Below are positions 53,580 through 64,000 of a stretch of DNA of 64,000 nucleotides, piece after piece. Position numbers and translations under genes: made by a program. This DNA is from Octopus vulgaris (taxonomy: Eukaryota): NCBI GenBank assembly GCA_951406725.2, contig OX597815.1:96286001-96350000 (forward strand), written 5' to 3'. Position 1 is the first letter of the stretch. The number at the start of each line of letters is the position of its first letter. The notes under the pieces are model-generated. The model was not told the DNA's origin and did no database searches. It saw nothing but the letters and a program-made list of their open reading frames with translations.

Positions 53580-53735
53580 ATTTTCTCTGTTTATGTCCTC
53601 GTGTTTCTTTCTGTTGAAGAGCATAGGCTCAAAACGTAAAAGACTTTCTCACCTTCTCGAGCGTTAAACTAATACACCTGCTTGTTGTTTATACACCTGT
53701 CTTTGTCTTTTGTTTTTCTGTTCATTTCAACTATA
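53580..53735 (+). mobile_element. Solo Penelope pLTR-like copy with the CUGUUGA motif (53606-53643)
   Basis: tctttctgttgaagagcataggctcaaaacgtaaaagac..cacctgtctttgtcttttg matches the reverse complement of 33070-33200. Confidence 0.8.
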
Positions 53736-54738
53736 TATATATGTAAGTATGTATGTATGTATGCATGTATGTATGTATATATATACGTATGTATATAACA
53801 ACGCATCAGTGCTACATCAAATCAACACCCAACTAAGACAGATGTATTCTTCAAGACACTGGGAGATGTCCGCTTTGCAGACCCATCAGGGGGACATTGT
53901 TCAGCAGAGATGGGACTCTCTCAGGGACATCATCCATAGAACTCCATTGAGAGCCTTTGTTAGTAGAAGGAAAATGACGAAAGTTCTTCATCCAGATCGT
54001 TTAGTCAGTCTCTCCAGAAAGAAAACTCCGATGTAACATGTGCAATTCTGTTTGCATCCAATGATTTAGATAACTCTTTAGTTTTAGGTAATTCTATACG
54101 TTATTTAGAGAGCTAGATCGACCTTGTACGAGGCCTTTCCTTATTACGAAATGTTTCAGGTACACGAAACGCTTGATTATTTGATATCTCTATTAACGTC
54201 TCCATTAGGAGCTGCATCATATGAATGGCTATAACCGAAAAAAAAATAATCAACGAAAACTTCCATGATAAAATGAAAGCATGCGTCAATGGGTGATATG
54301 TTCTCTGAACAGCTGCTTCAGGAGGCATCCATCATAGCCACATCTATGCAAAAAATGAAGATCTCGAGCGGTAATGGAAAGCCATAACCATTCCGTTTAT
54401 GCTTTAGCAATGGCATTGATCAAAATTAAGTTGCAGTCATCAAGTATGTAAATGCGTACATTCCTGATGACTGTTTTTTCTTTGCATGCATTTATGTATA
54501 TTGCACACACACACAAGCACACACAAAGACGCTCGTAGCAGTAACACCTAGTATCACTGGGGTTTATATTATAAAAAAGGATCAGAAACAGTTACAAAAC
54601 CCGAGGCCATATCTTTAAAGTGATTTGTCCTTACGCATATGTGATGTACCAAAGTCTAAAACTGTAGTCTACAAATTCAAGCATCGATACATACATACAT
54701 ACATAATATATACATACATACATACATACATACATACA

Positions 54739-54772
<34 letters not shown>

Positions 54773-55199
54773 CATACAGACAACAGAATTACATTGTTTC
54801 TTAAGTACAAGATAATAATACAGATTCTTTGATTATTTTCTTTATTCTATTTGGAAAGAGATCTTTTCCGAAATTTTAAGATCGTTAAGTAAGAGAATAT
54901 CTATCCGCTTTGTTTTTCCTTATGGACATCAACTTATATTGTTTAACTAAATTATCATCTACATTAATCAAGGTTTACTTCAAGCGTTCATATAATTTAC
55001 GAAAACGAACATTACACTACTTCGAGCAAATTCAAACTATCTTTTATTAATTCATTATATTTTTGATCGAGTGTTTGAAAAAGATGCTGATATTTTGTAG
55101 TTCGTCTTAGAATGTTGATATTGAACACGTACAAACACGTACAAACACACACAAACACGTACATTTATTTATATATATTTATATATATTTATATATATA

Positions 55200-56830
55200 C
55201 TTTTTGAAAATTTTCTCCGAAGACTTTTGAAAAATTTTCTGAAAATTTTCCTCAAAAACTTTTGAAAATTTTCCCCAAAAATTTTTTAAAAATTTTTTGA
55301 AAGGCTTCCGCAAAAGTTTTTGAAATTTTAAAAAAATTTTCAAAAAATTTTGGGGGAATATTTTCGAAAATGTTTGAAAAATTTTCAAATAAGTTTTTGA
55401 AAATTTTTGGGGAAAACTTTTAAGAAAATTTCTAAAAATTTTTGGGGCAAATTTTCAAATAATTTTCAAAAAATTTTCAAGAATTAAAAAAAAATTTTGG
55501 GGGAAAATTTTCAAAATGTTTGAAAAATTTTCAAAAAATTTTTGGGTAAAATTGAGGAAAATTTTCAAAAAAGTTTTGAAAAACTTTTGGAGAAAATTAT
55601 CAAAAACATTTTTCTAAAATTTTCGGAAAAATTTTCAAATAATATTTGAAAAATTTTAGGGAAAATTTTCAAAAAATTTTTGAAAAATATTTGGGGAAAA
55701 TTATTTTATTCTAAAATTTTTGGGGAAAATTTTCAAAAAAGAATTTTTAAAACTTTTTGAGGAAAATGTTCAAAAAAATTTTTCTAAAATTTTTGGGAAA
55801 ATTATTGAGAAAAAATTTTCAAAAAACTTTCAAAAAATTTTTGTGGAAAATTTTCGAAAAATTTTTCTAAAGTTTTGTGGAAAATTTTGAAATAATTTTT
55901 CAAAAATTTTGGGGGAAAATTTTCAAATAATTTTTCTAAAATTTTCGGGAAAATTTTTGAAAAATTTTTGATGAAAATTTTGAAAATATTTAAAAAATAT
56001 ATTGGGGAAATTCTTCAAAAAATGTTTCTAAGATTTTGGGAGAAATTTTCAAATAAGTTTTCAAAAATTTTTGGGGAAAATTTTCAAAAAATTTTCAAAT
56101 TATTTTCACAAATTTAAAATAAATTTTGGGGGAAAGTTTTCAAAGTTTTCTAAAATTTTTAGGGAAAATTTTAAAAAATGTTTTCAAAAATTTTTGAAGA
56201 ATTTAAAAAACTTTTTGAGGAAAATTAAAAAAAAAATTTTTGAGAAAAGTTTTCAAAAAATTTTCAAAAATTTTTGTGGAAAATTTTCAAGGAATGTTTG
56301 TGGAAAATTTTCAAAAAATTTTTCAAAAATTTTTGGGGAAAATTTTCAAATAATTTTTCTAAAATTTTCGGGAAAATTTTTGTAAAGTTTTTTGGAGAAA
56401 ATTTTGAAAATATTTAAAAAATATATTGGGGAAAACCTTCAAAAAATTTTTCTTAAATTTTGGGGGAATTTTTAAATAATTTTTCAAAAATTTATGAGGA
56501 AAATTTTCCAAAGATTTTGGGGAAAATTATTACAAAAAGTTTTTGTAAAATTTTGGGGGAAATTTTCAAATAATGTTTCAAACATTTTTCGGGAAAATTT
56601 TCAAATAATTTTTCCAAAATTTTCTGGAAAATTTTGGAATAATTTTGGGGAAATGTTTCAAAAAATTTTAGAAATATTTTGTGGGGAAAACTTAAAAAAA
56701 AATTTTTTTTAAGTTTTTGGGGAAAATTTTAAAAAAAGTTTTCAAAAATTTTTGGGGAAAATTGTCAAAAATTATTCAAAACTTTAGGGGTTAATTTTCA
56801 AAAATTTTTGAGGAAAATTTTGAAAATATC
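55200..56830. repeat. 1.6-kb degenerate satellite built on palindromic GAAAATTTTC
   Basis: Alternating A4-6 and T4-6 tracts with a short period. A longer block recurs at about 55912 and 56335. Confidence 0.92.
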
Positions 56831-57001
56831 CCTGCCATAAATTTCGTGTAGATGGGTAATATCACATAATTCAATCACAACATATATTTAAATTCAACAT
56901 GGATAAATTGAAATATTATTTTTCAGTATTTTATAAGATAAAATCTGAAATTATTGACACGTTATTACTTATCTTATAACAGTAATATCTGGAAAAATCA
57001 T

Positions 57002-57348
57002 GATTATAAACCTGGAAAAGTACAGGACATGTTATTACACCTGTGAGAGTATAGGACAAGCTATTACTTCAAGTAAAGATTAAGAAACATATTTAAGTAC
57101 ACTTTGGCTACTTTTCTAATTTAAATACCGAAAATAGTGACTAATTAGAAAAACTTGCAAATTAGCTGAACAGTTTTACGCAATAAAAGATGAAAACTCT
57201 AAAGAGTGATAAAATAGAAGAAGTGGCATTCTTTGGTGCAATATTTTAAGTAAAAAGTTTATTATTCTTTATTTTACTTGAGGTAGTAGTTTGTCCTATA
57301 CGTTTACAGGTGTAATAACTTGTCCCGTACTTTTCCAGGTTTATAATC
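57002..57348. mobile_element. MITE-like element with ~77-bp terminal inverted repeats
   Basis: gattataaacctggaaaagtacaggaca..ttcaagtaaa pairs with tttacttgagg..tgtcccgtacttttccaggtttataatc. Confidence 0.85.
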
Positions 57349-57399
57349 TTAAGAATATTACTTTTCATGCTTGCATTTTTTCATGTATATGTATATATA

Positions 57400-58445
57400 C
57401 TAGAAGAGATACCCGGCGTTGCCCGGTTACATTCAATTGAAGAATTAGACTTTTCTGTTAAATATATATATAGACACACACACATATATGTATATTAATA
57501 TAAATACATAACAGTACATGAAGTTTGTTAAAAAAAAGGGGATCATATATATATACCTCCTGGCTGTTGAGATTATAACAACTCGTTGTAAACACTGTTC
57601 CTTGTTTTTCCTTGTGGAGCATATACAAAAAGGTTTCTTTTGGTTCCTACTCTTGAGCAGCCAACATACAGTTGCCCATGCGAGAAACAGGGCTCTTCCA
57701 AGAGAAGACCAGCTACAGAGAGGGTTTGGCCCTGAGATTTGTTAATGGACATGGCAGAGCTGACACGAAGGGGGAATTGCAGTATTCTGAATGTAAATGG
57801 AATTTCTGCTCCTGATGGAGTAAGAGGAATTCTTGGAATAAAGGCGTCATCACCTTTTCCACATCCAGAAAGAATGATCACCTCGATAACGTGTGACATC
57901 ATTTTCTTTATCACCAGTCGTGTTCCATTGGAAAGTCTTAGTGGTTCCAGATTGCGGAGTAGCATTACAGGAGTTCCAACTTTAAGTGCTAATATGTGTG
58001 GAGGTAGTCCAGGAGGCTCCAGTAAATTGAGAAAGTCAGGAGGATAGTTCACAACTTCATTTATATCTGGAATTGTATCAACAGACTTGTAAGTGTGTAT
58101 AGTGCCGGGAAGAGAATGCATTAGCTGTTGATTAATTTTCTTAACAACGACGTTTTTTGGAGCTAATATTGCTCTTTCACACAGCCAATTGTGATTTTGG
58201 TAGTTTTGTGTGAAATTGGGAAATACTTTGTTTTTGAGGTCATCTAAAGAATTAACAACAGCGGAAAGTGACCACACTTCCATTTGTGCGGCAGCATCGA
58301 GAGGCATCTTGCCTTCACCAAGTGTTAAAATGTTCTGTGCAAACTTTGTGGACATTTTGTCGCCGTGTAGCTGAGCTCTCATGTTAGTAGTGAGACTGAG
58401 GATTGTAACATGATGCCACAGGGTAGAGGACTTTAGGCATGCTTG
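57400..58445 (-). mobile_element. 3' end of an autonomous-type Helitron
   Basis: Helicase C-terminus followed by a GC hairpin (57411-57428) and CTAG|T at 57400-57403. Confidence 0.9.
57573..58445 (-). pseudogene. Helitron RepHel Pif1-family helicase, C-terminal ~290 aa, frame still open
   Basis: LTTNMR, RAILAPKN, PPHILALKVGTPVMLLRNL, NGTRL, QFPLR..MSINKSQGQT, FSHGQLYVGCSRV. Walker A/B and the Rep domain are absent. The first ~60 aa of the predicted ORF come from microsatellite and SINE sequence. Confidence 0.93.
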
Positions 58446-58505
58446 GACTGAACCCAGGACCATGTGTTTGGAACGTAGTTTGTTACCACACAGCCACATC
58501 TGCCC
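58445..58505 (-). mobile_element. SINE tRNA-like head fused to the helicase fragment
   Basis: Minus strand reads gtggctgtgtggtaac..cacatggtcctgggttcagtcca and then runs into helicase sequence. Confidence 0.8.
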
Positions 58506-58689
58506 CAATGTATGTGTGTATGTGTATGTGCGTATGTGTGTATGGGTAGATATATTATGCATGTATATATGTGTACATATTACATGTACATCTATATATA
58601 AACATCTACACATAAAATACAACATACAAAGTTATATCTTGATATCGCTAGTGATAACAATACTCAAAACATATAATAGACTGGAATTG

Positions 58690-59510
58690 TAGGCCCGTCT
58701 CTTGCAATTTCGATCAATTGGATCTAGGTCCTCCCTCTTGTATAGAAGTGTACGGCTGCAGCGAAATTCATTTTTGAACTTTCTTCTATCGAAGGCATTT
58801 TAACAAAAAGGCTTCCGTAAAGACGGTGAAAATATTGTTAATTTCCCCAAGTAGGGACACAATTCAATTTTTAAACAATAACCAAAGCCCCTTCTCTGAA
58901 AGGGGGAGGGTTACGGTTTAAAATTATTTAACAAATGCAACACAACAACGTTTCCCTGATGTGGAACCAACAAACGTGATTACAATAGTCAAACAGTAAT
59001 AACAATAACAAAACATTTTAATTTATCCCCATTTATGTGAAACCACTTATTCAAGTTCAAGTCATTGATGCAATTTTATACGCATTGCTAATACACACAC
59101 ACACATAATAAGGGTGAAAAATTGAATATTAATTTGATTAATATTAATTGAAAACCAGTGGTATAGCATATAAGACCATAGAGGATATTCTTCTAGCAAA
59201 ATGGATGACCATTGTTAATGCTTCATCCCTGTTATATAATACTTTCACTTTAATAGTGAAAGTGTCTGCATTACAAAAGAGAGATGTTTTTGTTTCACAT
59301 TTAACACGTAATACTGAAATAGTGGAGAAGATATGATATTGCTGTGGGGTCGCCCAAGGGAAAAAGTTAAGATATTTTGCCGATGACACTCACCGGACCT
59401 TAAGTAAGGCATGTGTAAAATTTGAATGAAGTTGGTTGTGTAGTTCTCAAGTTTTAGGGAAACACACAGACAGACAGACAGACATTCTCAGTTTTATATA
59501 TATATATAGA
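58690..59510 (-). mobile_element. Helitron-like 5' portion
   Basis: Minus strand starts TCTATATATATATAAAACTGAGAATGTCTGTCTG at 59510, like the 5' end at 50008. The inner boundary is uncertain. Confidence 0.5.
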
Positions 59511-59539
59511 TATATATATGTGTATATATATGTATATTC

Positions 59540-59715
59540 GATTGGCTAGTTCCAGTTTCTTTTCCCCAAATATACTCATGTGGTCGAGGCTCTAGTAGAT
59601 GACTATTGTAGAAGGCTATATTAGAAGACACTTGCTCAAGGTCTCACGCAGTCGAACTGTCGAACTGGAACGATGTAGTTAGGAAGCAAATTTCGAATCA
59701 CGCAACCAAGCCTGT
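59540..59715 (-). mobile_element. Decayed SINE head/CORE
   Basis: ggctatattagaagacacttgctcaaggtctcacgcagt..gaactggaacgatgtagttaggaagcaa. Confidence 0.7.
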
Positions 59716-60431
59716 AGCGTTTTCAATTTATATTTTAGTGGTCTTCTCATGCGGTTGGTATAAGTATATTACAGTTTGTTTAGAACGAAAACACATTATA
59801 ATTCTTATACTCAATTATAATCCTTATATTCTAGACTTGCATCCTCTAATGATCATAATGCCAAGTGATATTTGTGTCTGTGACTGCCTCATTTTATGAA
59901 AGCCAAATTGATTTTTGTAGACATTTTGCCTGATACTTTAAATTATTTTGCATTTTTTTCTAATTTAATATTTAGTTTACACGCAATTATTCAATATTTA
60001 TTTTGCGTTTGACGTGTGTTTATCTAAGCAACTTGTAGTGTTATGAGTAATGTTTTTCTATTATTAATCTTCTAATTTGGGGAGATTCGTATATAATGTG
60101 GATGTATCATCCTGAAATGACGTTATATCTATATATATTTCACGACGCTCTCGTTGTCCGTTGTAATTTGTTTATGATCTAAGGGCATGGTGAAATTATG
60201 GTAGGGTTTTGTGCCAGCGCAACTACAGATTGGATGTCATTGGTTTTAATATCTCTTTTTGTACTAGGATATATCAATTACATTACAAATTTCCAATTTG
60301 GTTCCTAAGCTTGCAGTGTGTTTATCTGCTGTTGGTTTGTTATTAATTTTTAACCAAATGTCTATGTCTATAACTATAATATATTTAATATAATATATAC
60401 CAATACACAATATATATATATATACCAATAC

Positions 60432-60506
<75 letters not shown>

Positions 60507-60963
60507 TTATACACGCAAAAATAAATATGTGATTCATATTTAAATCCAAATTTATATTTAGGCGTTTTATCTATAGTTCACACAGAAACACAAACACACA
60601 CGCATACATACATGCAAACACATACACGGGCGTACACACATGCACTCACAAACGCACACACTCGCACACGCACATATATATAGAAGTATATGCATACATG
60701 CGTGTACACATATACTATTTTTCGAATATATTTTCTCATTTTAGTAATAAATATTATGAAATGTGACATTTTGTTTAAATTGCTTAAACATTCATAGAAC
60801 AAAAACACACACAAAAAACAGCCCAGTTTGTTGAAGAAATGTAACTGTAAACAATGATAGCAATGTAATCAAAAGGATATGAAACGGCTACGCCGGCAAG
60901 GAAGCGTTTCATCTTAAAGGTTTTATCTAAAAGTGGGTATGACAAACAACATAATAACTGCCA

Positions 60964-61022
<59 letters not shown>

Positions 61023-61251
61023 TAAAAACTACATTATCTGTGTTGTTTGTAACAACACTGAGAAGAAATGATATATCGTCAAGAAATGATGCATTTTTCA
61101 TTCTTTGTAATTTATATATATTTTATTATAAATAACATAGTTATTTTCAATTTCAAATTGTAATATACATTCCTGTCCACTTTTCGATGTATGTAATTCT
61201 ATGTTATGTATATATGATTGTCTTCATTCAAGTTGGGTGATTATGAGTTAT

Positions 61252-61346
<95 letters not shown>

Positions 61347-61910
61347 ACATATGTGGGTTTGTTTATGTTAAGGAGCGGAAGAAATAAGAGATTATAATGG
61401 TGGGTAGGAAATGACAAAAATAAGCGAGTTCTTATAAAGCAATAACCATTTAATATGAATTAGAATGTTTTTTTTTTATTTAAATTTCTGAGGTGAAGCG
61501 GATAATTAAACGTCATAATTTTGAACAAGGATATTTTGCTCTAACTGTACTTGTTACTATATTGGTAGGGGGAAAATGCCAAGTATGCATATGTATTATA
61601 TTTTTTTTATTTCTAATGACACAATGCAAGTAACACGAAATCTGTACATCTTTAATAAAATAATGAAAAAGCAGGTATGTGAAAATATAGTTAAAAATAT
61701 GACCGATATATGCCTGAATGTGATTAGCTTCGGGGAGAATGAGGCATGTGTGTTTATTATGTTAGTGATTACCGAACATAAATCATTTTGTAGAGGTGAT
61801 GTGCGATTTAGTGAAAGGGACACACGCCATAAATGATATAAATGATATGTATATGCATACAAATAAATGTCTCTGTATGTATGTACATACATACATACAT
61901 GCATACATAC

Positions 61911-61981
<71 letters not shown>

Positions 61982-61993
61982 TGTATGTATGTA

Positions 61994-62031
<38 letters not shown>

Positions 62032-62139
62032 TATATATATATATATATATGTATGAATATATATATATCTTTCCGAATATGTGGAAATGAGTATCGAATA
62101 TACACCCCACCCCCCAAAAAATAATAAATCGACAGATTT

Positions 62140-62435
62140 TCATAATTGCACATAGAAACTGCAAAAGCAGAAATTTAATCTACTACATTAAATGCCCTAA
62201 TTATGGGAACTACATATTGGCGAGACAGGGAATTCTTTATCGAAACGCTCATGGCTTTGCAGACAACAAATCTGGAACACTAATTTTTGCCAAATTCCAT
62301 TGGATGAATATATAGAAAGATGTAGAAAGAAAATGTTTCTAACTTTTCCTTTAACAAACTACATGAAAAAAGTGAGGTTCGGAGAAAGATAAAAGAAGAA
62401 CGTTTTATTAATATGTTTAAACCTGTTCTGAAGGG
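62140..62435 (+). pseudogene. Penelope GIY-YIG endonuclease remnant
   Basis: With frameshifts: [47 protein letters not shown]. Confidence 0.75.
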
Positions 62436-64000
62436 AAATAACAACAATAATATAACAACCAGTTTATGATGTGGATAAAAAATATCTTTAACATATGAAT
62501 ATAAGCAAATTACACGAGACTCCCATGGATTGAAATAAAAAAGGAACGTTCGAAACCAACTAAATTTGCCCATTCATAAAACCATTACATGTAAACCGCA
62601 ATATAATTGGTTAAACTATAGGCAGAATCTATGCCAGTAATATCGGTACGCCCGGAAATCCATGCTGTTTAAGCTGCATGATGATTGCTCAAAACTTTAT
62701 TCGAAAAATTCAGGCTGTCGGAGCCTTCTAAAAGGTATAAAAAGGAAGTCAGTCATTTTACTACAGTTGTCAAGCACTCAACTGTCAATAATGCATTTTG
62801 AAGTCTGATGATTACTACAAATTGATCTTTATGAACGTTACAAAATATTTTCTTACTGCTTCAAAATATTTTCTTACACACTTCAACATTGTATAAAAAC
62901 ATTTTTAGATGCAATAATGAAAAAAGTGAAAACCAGAGTATGTCGTAACTATATTCGTCTTATATATATATGTGTGTGTGTGTGTGTATGTGTGTATATA
63001 TATGTATGTGTATATGTATATATATATATATATGTATGTATATATATATATATATATATATATGCGTGTGTGTATGTGTGTGTAGAAATGTCTCTGATCA
63101 CATGCACATGCACAGACGAACCGCCTACACACACACACACTCACACGCACACAAGTATGCGGAAGTTATTCTAGATTTACTCCGATTAATTTTATAAATA
63201 AATCTAATGGCCCATGCTACCATGTAAAGATTAAATATATTTCATATTTTTTGATCATATATTTTTTGGGTGTGGTATATATGAATGCATTAATTAACGT
63301 GATTTTGTTTTACAAATGTACAATACCATATGACAAAAGTTTATCATCTCTCTTTATTTCATTTGTTTTATATTTGTATGTTTTAGCCAGGGAAACGGGT
63401 ACTTAAAGGCCCACTCTAGGATTCGTATAGTGTTTGTGTATTAATAATACCGAGGAAATTCGTTCAATTAACGACGTTAAAATTAGAATGACTCGGTCGT
63501 GTTAAATGTCATACCACCTTTGATTCTGAATGTACAGAATGATCGGTGACATGGTCGTGAACACTCTGAATCTTTTTGTACGTTGAGCATTATTTTGTCC
63601 ATAGGTTGAGCATCTAGAGCTGCGATGTCTAATATGTAGGGTGACAGGTTTGTAGGACAGCTTGAGATATAACATTGTTATTTATTCACATACATGATTG
63701 CTTATAGCTTATATCGTATTTTATACCCAGACAAACAAAAAAATAATAATAAATACGAAATAGTAGAAACTTCGGAATGTTTTTCTTGGATTGGATAGAA
63801 TATCTTGCGCAATGTGTTACGTCACACGGAACCACGATTCCAATTCCTCTCAAAATCAGCAATCCATTTTATTCATACGAGGACTAAAGATAAATTCAAA
63901 TTGCTTTAACATATCAGATGACGCCTTCCAGTATCTATTTTACTTGTTCGAGTTCTGAGAAATTTGACCTGTGTGCGAAGGGTATCCTCAGGAGCCGCGC

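Noticed and set aside
55179-56712. K/F-rich ORFs
   Set aside because: They are translations of the A/T-tract satellite.
57573-58625. Host PIF1 gene
   Set aside because: Intronless, lacks Walker motifs and is followed by a Helitron hairpin plus CTAG terminus.
60784-61101. LAGVAVSYPFD resembling a mitochondrial carrier motif
   Set aside because: The similarity does not extend (no TVRRR-like continuation) and the ORF runs through (TA)n.
62660-62850. Possible hammerheads downstream of the GIY-YIG remnant
   Set aside because: Core-like words are present but stems could not be paired convincingly.

Overview
AT-rich, repeat-saturated eukaryotic DNA with no host protein-coding exon that I can support. 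The tRNA/CORE SINE family, the 5S rRNA-like sequence and the (TA)n/(AAT)n load suggest a cephalopod, probably Octopus (inference from recalled sequence, not a database hit). Most listed ORFs are microsatellite artefacts. The window is a mosaic of decayed mobile elements: (TAA)n-targeted Dong/R4-type RLE LINEs (one near full length), Penelope-like (GIY-YIG) remnants, Helitrons including a Pif1 helicase fragment, CR1 and RTE remnants, a Gypsy integrase fragment, a MITE, SINEs, a 5S pseudogene and an ORF1-only Tx1/L1-type element nested in a SINE head. The main signal is about 13 type I hammerhead-ribozyme motifs from several unrelated families, found by manual folding. Three carry compensatory changes of the C3:G8 core pair (U3:A8 twice, G3:C8 once). 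Three sit in 360-490 bp non-coding 'monomer plus terminal redundancy' units next to microsatellites, the layout expected of retrozymes or Penelope pseudo-LTRs.
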